From contig DAIPKT010000001.1 of NCBI GenBank assembly GCA_036769645.1, forward strand, positions 1-40,511: a DNA stretch of 40,511 bases. Reading direction: 5' to 3'. How positions within the stretch are numbered: position 1 is the first letter of the stretch; each line of letters opens with the position of its first letter. Shown here one piece after another: positions 8,605 through 17,520 of this stretch. Position numbers and translations under genes: made by a program. This DNA is from a bacterium. Its GTDB lineage: Bacteria > Patescibacteriota > Minisyncoccia > Minisyncoccales > DG-74-1. The notes under the pieces are model-generated. The model saw only the letters and a list, made by a program, of their open reading frames with translations, searched no databases and was not told where the DNA came from.

Positions 8605-9939
8605 ATGGAGAAATTTAAATTTTTAGATAAAAACAGGCTCTCTCAGTTTCCAAAAAATCCTGGGGTTTATTGTTTTAAGAAAGATAAAAAAATTTTATAT
8701 ATTGGCAAGGCAGCCAATCTTAGAGAAAGGGTAAAGAATCATTTCCAGCAGCCCAGTTACAGAGATTATTTATTTTTGGATAAAGTCAAAAAAATAGGTT
8801 ATATAAAAACTGATTCGGAAATTGAGGCCCTGATTTTAGAGGCAAATTTAATTAAAAAATATCAACCAAAATATAATGTCATTTGGCGAGATGATAAAAA
8901 TTATTTTTTTATAGCGAAAACTGAAGAGGACTTTCCAAGAATATTTTGGACTCACCAGATAAAACTAAAAACTAAAAGCTCTAAGCTAAAAGCTGAATAT
9001 ATTGGTCCTTTTGTTGATGGAAAGGCTTTAAAACAGACTTTAAAAGTCTTAAGAAAAGTTTTTCCTTATCGATCCTGTCGAACTCTACCTAAAAGACCTT
9101 GTCTTTGGTATCATTTGGGAAGATGCCTCGGGCCCTGCACCCTAAAATCAACAAAAATTCCGTTGCTACATAGCAGCGGAAGTTTGGTAAAAATCTCTCA
9201 GAGAAATGCCAAAAATTTAATGAAGATTATTCAAGAAGGAAAAAATCCAGCCTTAAAGGAATTAAAAAGGGAAATGAAATTAGCCTCAAAAAATCAAGAG
9301 TTTGAAGAGGCAGCCAAAATCAGGGATCAAATTATGGCTTTAGAGAGAATAATGGAACATGCCAAAATTTTTGAGCCAGAAATTGACGCTAAATTAAAGC
9401 CATGGCAAAAATTTGGCGTTAGTTGGCAGAAAATAGAGAGAGAATTAAGAAAAATTTTAAAAACCAAAAATAAAATATCAAGAATTGAGGCCTATGATGT
9501 TTCTAATATTGTTGGTCAAGCGGCAACTGGTTCAATGGTTACTTTTGTAAATGGTATTCCGGATAAAAATTTTTACCGAAAATTTAAAATCAAAATTGCT
9601 GGCAGACCAAATGATCTCAATATGCTCAGAGAGTGTTTAAACCGCAGGTTTAAACATAAAGAGTGGCCTTATCCCGATTTAATTTTAATTGATGGTGGCC
9701 GAGCCCAACTCAATGCCAGCCTCAAATGTTTAAGGTTCTGCCTTAAACAGATAAAGATTATAGCTTTAGCTAAAAGAAAGAATGAATTATTTATAGAAAG
9801 TCGGAAAAAGCCAATTTTACTCAAAAATTTGCCAAGGGAAATTTTTAATCTCATTTTACAACTAAGAGACGAAGCCCATCGTTTTGCCAGAAAATATCAT
9901 CATAAATTAAGGGATATTGACCTCTTCTCAGAATCTTGA
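8605..9939 (+). CDS. uvrC: Excinuclease ABC subunit C (short form, no C-terminal HhH domain)
   Basis: GIY-YIG motif 'PGVYCFKKDKKILYIGKAANLRERVKNHF'. UVR motif 'FEEAAKIRDQIMALERI'. RNase H-like endonuclease region 'IEAYDVSN...LILIDGGRAQL'. Confidence 0.9.
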   Translation: MEKFKFLDKNRLSQFPKNPGVYCFKKDKKILYIGKAANLRERVKNHFQQPSYRDYLFLDKVKKIGYIKTDSEIEALILEANLIKKYQPKYNVIWRDDKNYFFIAKTEEDFPRIFWTHQIKLKTKSSKLKAEYIGPFVDGKALKQTLKVLRKVFPYRSCRTLPKRPCLWYHLGRCLGPCTLKSTKIPLLHSSGSLVKISQRNAKNLMKIIQEGKNPALKELKREMKLASKNQEFEEAAKIRDQIMALERIMEHAKIFEPEIDAKLKPWQKFGVSWQKIERELRKILKTKNKISRIEAYDVSNIVGQAATGSMVTFVNGIPDKNFYRKFKIKIAGRPNDLNMLRECLNRRFKHKEWPYPDLILIDGGRAQLNASLKCLRFCLKQIKIIALAKRKNELFIESRKKPILLKNLPREIFNLILQLRDEAHRFARKYHHKLRDIDLFSES

Positions 9940-10301
9940 TAAGATTGAAAGAGATGTGGTCTTTATTTTTGCAAATGGTGGCTGGGATTTTGGGAATCTT
10001 TTTGGCCCAAAGATATGTTCCGGGAGTAGAGTTTATTGGACCTTGGCAGACATTGGTTTTAGCTGGAGTAATTTTGGGTTTAATCAATTTTTTCATTAAG
10101 CCAATCTTAAAAATAATCACTTTGCCTTTGAGAATTTTAACCTTTGGTCTTTTTAGTTTGATAATCAATATGCTGATGGTCTGGCTAGTTGATATTATTT
10201 TTCCCGAGCTAATTATTCCCGGAATAATTCCTCTTTTTTGGACATCATTGATTGTCTGGGGAATTAGTTTTATCCTTATAAAGTGGATGCCTGGCCGATA
10301 A
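9936..10301 (+). CDS. Small 4-TM membrane protein, phage-holin-4_2/DUF360-like
   Basis: 121 aa and almost entirely hydrophobic. 'INFFIKPILKIITLPLRILTFGLFSLIIN' resembles the DUF360 family. The true start may be the ATG at 9954. Confidence 0.55.
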   Translation: MIRLKEMWSLFLQMVAGILGIFLAQRYVPGVEFIGPWQTLVLAGVILGLINFFIKPILKIITLPLRILTFGLFSLIINMLMVWLVDIIFPELIIPGIIPLFWTSLIVWGISFILIKWMPGR

Positions 10302-10308
10302 AAGAAGT

Positions 10309-10524
10309 ATGGCTCAATATTTACCAATTGCTCAAATTACAGTAGCTATATTTTTAATTGTTTTTATTCTTTTGCAACAAAGAGGTACGGCTTTGGGTTC
10401 TGCCTTTGGAGGAGAAGCCGGATTTTATGCTACCAGAAGAGGTATCCAGAAAAAAATTTTTTGGTTAACCTGCCTTTTTGGGTTTCTTTTTATAATTTTG
10501 GCCCTTTTAAACCTTATCCTTTAA
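10309..10524 (+). CDS. secG: Preprotein translocase subunit SecG
   Basis: 71 aa with two TM helices. 'LLQQRGTALGSAFGG' is the SecG signature loop. Confidence 0.8.
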   Translation: MAQYLPIAQITVAIFLIVFILLQQRGTALGSAFGGEAGFYATRRGIQKKIFWLTCLFGFLFIILALLNLIL

Positions 10525-10564
10525 TCACAATTTTGGCCCAGGCCTCTCAGCTCACCGATTAATT

Positions 10565-12535
10565 ATGAATTACCACTGGCCTTCTAAATCTCAATGGAGG
10601 CAATTTTTTAAAATTCTTTCCAAAGAAGAAAAGATTATTTTCTCTCTTTTTTTATTTCTCTTTCTTGGCTCTTTCATTTTTCTTTCAATCAATTTTTATT
10701 TTAAGAAGACAGAAATTCAACCAGCTGAAGGAGGTAGTTTTGTTGAAGTGGTGATTGGCCAGCCGAGATTTATTAATCCAATTTTTGCTCCAGCTAATGA
10801 TATTGATAGAGATTTAACTGAACTTATTTTTTCCGGGCTAATGAAATACGATAGCGAGGGTAAAATTATTCCCGATTTAGTAAAGGATTACCAGATTTTA
10901 GATGATGGAAAAATTTATGAGTTTAATTTAAAGGAAAATCTTTCCTGGCAAGACGGTCAGCCCTTAACTGTTGATGATGTCATTTTTACTATTGAAACAA
11001 TTCAAAATCCAGAAACGAAATCGCCTCTCAGACCGAGCTGGTTAGGAGTAAAAGCGGAAAAAATCTCTGACTCAAAAATTGGCTTAGAATTAAGAGGACC
11101 CTCCAGTATCTTTTTGGAAAATCTAACCTTAAAAATAATTCCAAAACATATCTGGGAAAATGTTTCTCCCCAAAACTTTCCCCTTTCCTTTTTTAATTTA
11201 AAACCCATTGGTTCAGGTCCTTATCAATTGAAAAATTTGGTCCAAGACAAAGAAGGCAAGATAACTTCTCTTGATTTAATTAGAAATCCTCACTATCATG
11301 GAAAGACTCCAAATCTTCAGCAAATTTCTTTTCAATTTTTTGAGCAGGAAGAGGATTTATTGAAGGCAATCAAAGATGGCAAAATTGACGGTTTCTCTCT
11401 AAGCTCAATCAACTTTAATGAGGCTTGGCTAAAATTCAATCTTTATTCTTTTTCCCTGCCAAGATATTTTGCGGTTTTTTTTAATCCAAAAGAATCAAAA
11501 GCCCTGGCTGAAAGAGAAGTTAGACAAGCCCTAAATTATGGCACTAATAAAAAAGAAATTGTCAGAGAAATGTCAATCCCTGAAAAAGCAATTGTTGATT
11601 CTCCAATTTTGCCAGAAATTTATGGATTTAATAGACCTTCAAAAATTTATCAATTTGATCTGGAAAAAGCTAAGCTCCTTTTAGAAAAAGCGGGATTCCT
11701 CGAAGTTCAAACTGGAATTAGGGAAAAAGTTATTAAAAAAGAGCTGGCTTTTCAATTTAAGGGTAACTTAACTTTTGGTTCTCGTGGCAAAGAAGTAGAA
11801 GAACTTCAAAAATGTTTAGCCAGGGATAAAGAAATTTATCCCGATGCTGAAATCAATGGTTACTTTGGCCCAAAGACCAAAGAAGCGGTAATTAGATTTC
11901 AGGAAAAATACCGGGAGGAAATTTTAAAGCCCTTTGAATTGGAAAAGGGAACTGGCGAGGTCAGAAAGGCAACCAGGGATAAATTAAATGAAGTTTGTTT
12001 TGGAAAACCAGAAGAAAAAATTCCCCTTAAATTTTCCTTAGCCACTGTCAATCAACCGAGATTAATTGTAATATCCAATCTTTTGAAATCCCAGTGGCAG
12101 GCCTTGGGAGCTGAGGTTGAAATTAAAACTTATGATATCTCTACTCTGGAAAAAGAGATTATCAAACCAAGGAATTATAGCCTGCTTTTGTTTGGTGAGG
12201 TTCTGGGAATGATTCCCGACCCATTTCCTTTCTGGCATTCTTCTCAGAAAAAAGATCCGGGTTTAAATTTAGCCCTTTATGAAAACAAAGAATGTGATAA
12301 ACTATTAGAAGAGGCTCGTCAGAATTTGGATGAGGGAAAAAGAAAGGAATTACTGGAAAAATTCCAGGAAATTTTAATTGAAGATGCTCCGGCTGTCTTT
12401 TTGTACAATCCAGGTTATCTTTATTTTGTTAGCAAAGAAATCAGGGGAATAAAAGAAGGAATAATCGCCGAGCCCTCTCAGAGATTTATAGGGATTGAGG
12501 ATTGGTATCTCAAAACAAAAAGGGTATGGAGATAA
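10565..12535 (+). CDS. Membrane-anchored solute-binding protein family 5 (peptide/nickel type) with inserted PG_binding_1 domain
   Basis: N-terminal TM anchor. SBP_bac_5-like core ('GLMKYDSEGKIIPDLV', 'GSGPYQL', 'DPFPFWHS'). Residues ~400-478 (11762..11998) match the peptidoglycan-binding motif 'GSRGKEVEELQKCL...INGYFGPKTKEAVIRFQ'. Confidence 0.8.
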   Translation: MNYHWPSKSQWRQFFKILSKEEKIIFSLFLFLFLGSFIFLSINFYFKKTEIQPAEGGSFVEVVIGQPRFINPIFAPANDIDRDLTELIFSGLMKYDSEGKIIPDLVKDYQILDDGKIYEFNLKENLSWQDGQPLTVDDVIFTIETIQNPETKSPLRPSWLGVKAEKISDSKIGLELRGPSSIFLENLTLKIIPKHIWENVSPQNFPLSFFNLKPIGSGPYQLKNLVQDKEGKITSLDLIRNPHYHGKTPNLQQISFQFFEQEEDLLKAIKDGKIDGFSLSSINFNEAWLKFNLYSFSLPRYFAVFFNPKESKALAEREVRQALNYGTNKKEIVREMSIPEKAIVDSPILPEIYGFNRPSKIYQFDLEKAKLLLEKAGFLEVQTGIREKVIKKELAFQFKGNLTFGSRGKEVEELQKCLARDKEIYPDAEINGYFGPKTKEAVIRFQEKYREEILKPFELEKGTGEVRKATRDKLNEVCFGKPEEKIPLKFSLATVNQPRLIVISNLLKSQWQALGAEVEIKTYDISTLEKEIIKPRNYSLLLFGEVLGMIPDPFPFWHSSQKKDPGLNLALYENKECDKLLEEARQNLDEGKRKELLEKFQEILIEDAPAVFLYNPGYLYFVSKEIRGIKEGIIAEPSQRFIGIEDWYLKTKRVWR

Positions 12536-13179
12536 AAAAAATTCAAAATCAAAAATTCAAAATTCAAAATTACCAATTGGAAACTAAAGATGCCCAATTG
12601 ATTAGATATTTAAGTGAGATGAAGGATGTTCTTTACGATCAGAAGTGGGCGAAAAATGCTCCTGATTTTCAAGTTTATTATGTCTGGCGGGGGCTAAAAC
12701 CTGGTCAGAGTCCCTTCAGAAACTTAAGAGAGGAAAATGATATAAGATACGATATTACCATCATTCCAGCTAAAATGTTGGGTCAGGAATTTCCGAAAAC
12801 TAAAGGCCATCGCCATCTCAATCATTTTCAAGAATTAATTCAGGTCCTGGAAGGAAGAGCCTTCTATTTTGCTCAAAGAGGTCAGGGGAAAAAAATTGAA
12901 GACTGTTATGTAATTAAAGCGAAAAAGGGAAATTTTGTAATTATTCCTCCCAATGTTGACCATCTCACCATCAACCCAGGAGGGAAAAAATTAGTCATGG
13001 CCAATTGGATATTCAAGAAAGTAAAATCTGATTATAGTTTATTTGAAAAATTCCAGGGAGCCTGTTATTACTATACCAAATCGGGCTGGATTAAAAACAA
13101 AAATTATGATAAAATTCCTAATTTACGTTTTGAGAAACCCTTAAAATCGAAACCTAAAAATTTAGATTTTTTGAAATGA
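12526..13179 (+). CDS. Cupin-type (archaeal-type) glucose-6-phosphate isomerase
   Basis: Collinear with my recollection of Pyrococcus cPGI: 'RYLSEM', 'QEFPKTKGHRH', 'IIPPNVDHLTINPG'. Starting at ATG 12526 gives the same N-terminal length as cPGI and overlaps the SBP stop (ATGGAGATAA). The ORF track's TTG at 12502 is less likely. Confidence 0.8.
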   Translation: MEIKKIQNQKFKIQNYQLETKDAQLIRYLSEMKDVLYDQKWAKNAPDFQVYYVWRGLKPGQSPFRNLREENDIRYDITIIPAKMLGQEFPKTKGHRHLNHFQELIQVLEGRAFYFAQRGQGKKIEDCYVIKAKKGNFVIIPPNVDHLTINPGGKKLVMANWIFKKVKSDYSLFEKFQGACYYYTKSGWIKNKNYDKIPNLRFEKPLKSKPKNLDFLK

Positions 13180-14072
13180 CTCAAATTAAAAAAGCGGTTG
13201 TTCCAATAGCTGGTCTGGGGACAAGATTTTTGCCTTTAAGTAAGGTTTTACCAAAAGAACTTTTCCCTTTGGTTGATAAGCCAGTTTTACAATATATCAT
13301 TGAAGAAGCAGTAGCCTCTGGAATCAAAGAAATTATTTTTGTGATTAGACCGAAGAGAAAAGAGGTTTTAACTTACTTTAAGAAATATTTCAAAAAAACA
13401 CCAGAGTTAGAAGAAATTTTAAAAAAAAGAAAAAGGAATCACCTCTTAAAAGAGTTAAAAAAACTTGAAAAAATTTCGAAAAATATTTCCTTTTGGCATG
13501 TCTTCCAGAGAAAACCCTTGGGAGCCAGTCATGCTATTTTGCAAGCTGAAAAGTTAATTAAAAATGAACCCTGTGCAGTTTTATATGGTGATGATATCGT
13601 GGAATCTAAAGTTCCCTGTCTTTGGCAACTAATTGAAATTTTCAAGAAATATCAAAAACCAGTAATTGCTCTTTACCGAATTCCTAAAGAAAGTTTCCGA
13701 TTTTATGGAATGGTTGAAGTAAAGAAAATTGCCAAGCGTCTTTATAAAATCAAGAAGGTAGTGGAGAAGCCTTCAATTACTGAAGCTCCCTCCAGTTTGG
13801 CAGTGGTTGGAAAGCATATTATCACTCCTGAAGTTTTTGACCACTTAAAAAAAACCTCTTTTGATTTAAAGAAGGATCTAACTTTAAGTACAACTTTAAG
13901 CGAAATGGCAGAGGCTGGGAAAGAGGTTTATGGCTACGAATTTGAAGGAAAGTGGTTAGAGTGCGGAAATAAATTAGCCTATTTAAAATCAAATCTCTAT
14001 CTTTCTCTAAAACATCCTCAATTTGGCAAAGAACTTAGAAAAGAGATTAGGCGGACGTGGTGGAACTGGTAG
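13176..14072 (+). CDS. galU: UTP--glucose-1-phosphate uridylyltransferase
   Basis: 'AVVPIAGLGTRFLPLSKVLPKELFPLVDKPVLQYIIEE' and 'VEKP'. The last 7 codons and the TAG stop lie inside the tRNA-Leu gene. Confidence 0.88.
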   Translation: MTQIKKAVVPIAGLGTRFLPLSKVLPKELFPLVDKPVLQYIIEEAVASGIKEIIFVIRPKRKEVLTYFKKYFKKTPELEEILKKRKRNHLLKELKKLEKISKNISFWHVFQRKPLGASHAILQAEKLIKNEPCAVLYGDDIVESKVPCLWQLIEIFKKYQKPVIALYRIPKESFRFYGMVEVKKIAKRLYKIKKVVEKPSITEAPSSLAVVGKHIITPEVFDHLKKTSFDLKKDLTLSTTLSEMAEAGKEVYGYEFEGKWLECGNKLAYLKSNLYLSLKHPQFGKELRKEIRRTWWNW

Positions 14073-14134
14073 TCACGATAGCTTCAGGAGCTATTGGGAG
14101 AATTCCCGTGAGAGTTCGAATCTCTCCGTCCGCA
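14051..14134 (+). tRNA. tRNA-Leu (anticodon CAG), class II long variable arm, CCA not encoded
   Basis: Hand fold: acceptor GCGGACG/CGTCCGC; D arm GTGG..TCAC with GG in the loop; anticodon stem ATAGC/GCTAT; loop TTCAGGA; variable arm GGGA/TCCC; T arm GAGAG-TTCGAAT-CTCTC; discriminator A. Confidence 0.9.
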
Positions 14135-14136
14135 CA

Positions 14137-15816
14137 ATGAAAAAACAACAAATTCTTAAAATTATACCTCTCGGAGGATTAGGTGAGGTTGGTCGGAATA
14201 TGATGCTCCTTGAGTATAAAAGGATAATTTTAGTTATTGATATGGGTTTCCGTTTACCAGAAGAAGATATGCCAGGAATCGATTACATCATTCCCAATAT
14301 TGAATACTTAAAAGAGAAAGAAAAAAATATTTTAGGGATTCTCTTTACCCATGGTCACTATGACCACATTGGCGCTGTTCCCTATTTGATTGAACGAATC
14401 TGGCATCCCAATTTAAGAATTTTCGCTTCTCCTTTAACTCGGGGAATAATTTTAAAAAGGCAGGAAGATTTTCCTCAACAGCCAAAATTAGAAATAACTG
14501 AAGTGAAAGATGGCTCGAGAATAAAATTGGGTCCTTTTAGAATTGAATTTCTTAGATTAAATCATAATATTCCAGATAATTTAGGATTGTTTATTGAAAC
14601 CCCGGTTGGTAATATTTTCCATACCTCTGATTTCAAATTTGATCCCAGTCCAGTCAATGATTTACCAACCAATTTTCAGAAATTAAAAGAAATTGGGAAA
14701 AGAAAAATTTTGCTCATGATGTCAGACTCAACTGGAGCAGAACAAGAGGGTCATTCCCTTTCAGAAAAAACGATTGAGAAAAATTTGGCTGAGATCTTTA
14801 AAAAAGCAGAAGGCAGAATTATTGCCGCCACTTTTGCTTCACTCATTAATCGAATTCAGCAAATTATCACCCTTTCAGAAAAATATCAAAGAAAAGTAAG
14901 CCTGGAAGGTTATTCAATGAAAACCAATGTTGAAATTTCAAAGATTTTAGGATATCTCAAGGCAAAAAAAGGAACGATAATTGAGGGAAAAGAAATTCTA
15001 AACTATCCAGATAAAATTCAAACTATTCTCTGTACCGGAGCTCAGGGAGAAGCCGAGGCGGTTTTAATGAGAATTGCTAACCGGGAGCATCCTTATTTAA
15101 AAATAAAAAAGGGAGATACAGTAATTTTTTCCTCTTCGGTCATTCCTGGAAATGAAAGAACAGTCCAGATTATGAAAGATGAAATTTTAAGACAAGGGGC
15201 GAGGATTTTTCATTACAAAATGATGGATATCCATGCCGGTGGCCATGCCCAAAGAGAAGAACTAAGAAAGATGATAAAAATTATGAGGCCGAGATTTTTC
15301 TTTCCTATCCATGGCCAATATTCAATGTTGGTCAGCCATGCTGAGTTAGCTAAAGAAATGGGGCTTTCAGAAAAAAATGTCATTTTAGCTGAAAATGGCC
15401 AGATTATTAATCTAAATCCAAAGAAAATCTTTATTGAAAAAGAAAAAGTTCCTTCAAATTATATCATGGTTGATGGTTTAGGAATTGGCGATGTTGGAGA
15501 AATAGTTTTAAGGGACCGTCAGATGTTGGCCAAAGATGGAATGTTTGTCATTGTGGCAGTGGTTGATAGACAAACTGGCAAGGTCAGGGGCTCTCCTGAT
15601 ATAATCTCAAGAGGATTTGTCTATTTAAGAGAATCAAAGGAATTGCTTAGAGAAACAAGAAAAAGGGTAATTGGAATTGTTGATAAAGCAGCTGGTTCGG
15701 GAGGAGCAGTCAATTGGGTCTTTATCAAAGATGAAATCAGAAACAAAATCGGCCAATTCTTGTTTTCCAAAACTCAGAGACGTCCAATGATTTTGCCAGT
15801 TGTTATTGAGGTATAA
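14137..15816 (+). CDS. rnj: Ribonuclease J
   Basis: Metallo-beta-lactamase/beta-CASP motifs 'FTHGHYDHIGA', 'TSDFKFD', 'HAGGHA' and 'FFPIHGQY'. Start moved to ATG 14137 because the track's upstream extension (14023..) reads through the tRNA. Confidence 0.9.
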   Translation: MKKQQILKIIPLGGLGEVGRNMMLLEYKRIILVIDMGFRLPEEDMPGIDYIIPNIEYLKEKEKNILGILFTHGHYDHIGAVPYLIERIWHPNLRIFASPLTRGIILKRQEDFPQQPKLEITEVKDGSRIKLGPFRIEFLRLNHNIPDNLGLFIETPVGNIFHTSDFKFDPSPVNDLPTNFQKLKEIGKRKILLMMSDSTGAEQEGHSLSEKTIEKNLAEIFKKAEGRIIAATFASLINRIQQIITLSEKYQRKVSLEGYSMKTNVEISKILGYLKAKKGTIIEGKEILNYPDKIQTILCTGAQGEAEAVLMRIANREHPYLKIKKGDTVIFSSSVIPGNERTVQIMKDEILRQGARIFHYKMMDIHAGGHAQREELRKMIKIMRPRFFFPIHGQYSMLVSHAELAKEMGLSEKNVILAENGQIINLNPKKIFIEKEKVPSNYIMVDGLGIGDVGEIVLRDRQMLAKDGMFVIVAVVDRQTGKVRGSPDIISRGFVYLRESKELLRETRKRVIGIVDKAAGSGGAVNWVFIKDEIRNKIGQFLFSKTQRRPMILPVVIEV

Positions 15817-15851
15817 TTGATTTAATTTTCAAAAGAAAGTATAATCAAACT

Positions 15852-16067
15852 ATGAGACCTAAAAAGAAAAAATTTAAAATACCGGTAATTGATCTCAAAA
15901 AATATCGAGGAAAGCAAGTTGCCATTATTGATGGAAAAGTAGTAACTTCAGGAAAAACTACTGAGGAGGTTTTAAAAAAGGCTCAAGCTCTCTATCCCAA
16001 AAAAGAAATTTGGCTATTTTCTGTCCCCCACAGCGAGGTTTTCATTTACATTCTCTTAATGAAATGA
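15852..16067 (+). CDS. DUF5678-like small protein
   Basis: 'KYRGKQVAIIDGKVVTSGKTTEEVLKKAQALYP' matches my recollection of the DUF5678 pattern (YkGkWVAi.dgkVv). ATGA overlap with the next gene. Confidence 0.5.
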   Translation: MRPKKKKFKIPVIDLKKYRGKQVAIIDGKVVTSGKTTEEVLKKAQALYPKKEIWLFSVPHSEVFIYILLMK

Positions 16068-16516
16068 TTAAATATCGATTCCCTCATGGAATTCAATTGA
16101 AAGGAAATGGAAAAGTTGTCTCTCTCCCAGTAATACCAGTTCGATTTTATAAAAATTCTAAAAAAATCCCCTTATTGCTTTTAATAGACTCTGGAGCAGA
16201 AACTACTCTCCTAACTCGTAGCGATGCCAAGGCTTTAGGTATTGACCTAAAGAAGGGGAAAGAAATGATTATCTCTGGAATTGCCCTGACGAGAGTAATT
16301 TTTGGATATCGGCATAAAGTTGAAATGGAAATCGAGGAGAGTAAATTTGAAATCCCCGTTCTTTTTGCTGATTCTGATGAATCACCACGGGTCCTCGGTA
16401 GAGAAGGAGTTTTTGATAAATTTTTTATTTTATTTAATGAAAAGGGAAGGCAGACAATTTTTATTCTCCCTGATACTAACTCCAAAAAGAAATTAAGATC
16501 AATTCTTAATGATTAA
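16064..16516 (+). CDS. Retropepsin-like aspartic protease
   Basis: 'LLLIDSGAETTLL' is the D-S/T-G-A active-site motif. Single-domain size of ~150 aa. Start set at the ATG that overlaps the upstream stop. Confidence 0.65.
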   Translation: MIKYRFPHGIQLKGNGKVVSLPVIPVRFYKNSKKIPLLLLIDSGAETTLLTRSDAKALGIDLKKGKEMIISGIALTRVIFGYRHKVEMEIEESKFEIPVLFADSDESPRVLGREGVFDKFFILFNEKGRQTIFILPDTNSKKKLRSILND

Positions 16517-16542
16517 TAAAAAAATGGAAATTTTTTTATTTT

Positions 16543-17520
16543 ATGAGGATTTTTTCTGCTGTTAGGCCAACCGGAGAAGTCCATATCGGAAATTATTTGG
16601 GAGCAATAAAGCAGTGGATAGAGCTCCAAGAGAGTAATGAGTGCATTTTTTGTATTGTTGACCTCCATGCCATTACCACTCCTTATCAACCAGGCCAGTT
16701 ACAGAGAAACATTCTTGATTTAGCTGTTGCCTATTTAGCTGCTGGTTTAGATCCGGAAAAATGTATCTTTTTTGTTCAGTCCCAAGTAAAAGAACATACC
16801 CAGCTTGCCTGGCTCTTGGGAACAATTACTCCTTTAGGAGAATTAAAAAGAATGACCCAATTCAAAGAAAAGGTAAAAAGACATCCAGAATATGTTAATG
16901 CCGGTTTATTAAATTACCCCCTTTTAATGGCGGCTGATATTTTACTTTATCAAACTGATTTGGTCCCAGTTGGTAAAGACCAAAAACAACATGTTGAACT
17001 AACTCGCCAAATCGCCCGCTATTTTAATAAAAAATTTGGCCAAACCTTCAAAGAGCCTAAAGTTTTGTTACCAAAAATGGGAGAAAAAATCATGTCTTTA
17101 GCAAATCCAAAAAAGAAGATGTCAAAAACTGATGATCCAGCAGGTTGTATTTTACTTTTTGATGAACCAGAAGAAATTAAGAAAAAAGTGATCTCAGCTG
17201 TTACCGATTCTGGGAAAATTATCAAATATGACCCAATTAAAAAACCAGGGATATCTAATCTTTTGACAATTTACTCCCTTTTCTCCGGAAAATCAATTAA
17301 AGAGTTAGAAAAGAAATTTAAAGAAGGAAGTTATGAAAAATTCAAAAAATCTTTAGCCGAATTATTAATTGATTCTTTAGAACCTTTTCGGAAAAAAAGA
17401 AAAGAGCTCCTCCAGAGAGAAGTCTATTTAAAAGAAATTTTAGAGAGGGGAAGAAAAAGAGCCCAAATTATTGCCCAATCAACCATGGCTGAGGTTAGTA
17501 AGAAAATGGGTCTGATTTAA
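16543..17520 (+). CDS. trpS: Tryptophan--tRNA ligase
   Basis: Class I motifs 'HIGNYLG' and 'KMSKT', with TrpRS-like sequence throughout. Confidence 0.95.
   Translation: MRIFSAVRPTGEVHIGNYLGAIKQWIELQESNECIFCIVDLHAITTPYQPGQLQRNILDLAVAYLAAGLDPEKCIFFVQSQVKEHTQLAWLLGTITPLGELKRMTQFKEKVKRHPEYVNAGLLNYPLLMAADILLYQTDLVPVGKDQKQHVELTRQIARYFNKKFGQTFKEPKVLLPKMGEKIMSLANPKKKMSKTDDPAGCILLFDEPEEIKKKVISAVTDSGKIIKYDPIKKPGISNLLTIYSLFSGKSIKELEKKFKEGSYEKFKKSLAELLIDSLEPFRKKRKELLQREVYLKEILERGRKRAQIIAQSTMAEVSKKMGLI

Noticed and set aside
14023-14136. N-terminal 38-codon extension of the RNase J ORF in the track
   Set aside because: The extension is a read-through of the tRNA-Leu gene. The conserved protein begins at MKKQQILKIIPLGG (ATG 14137).
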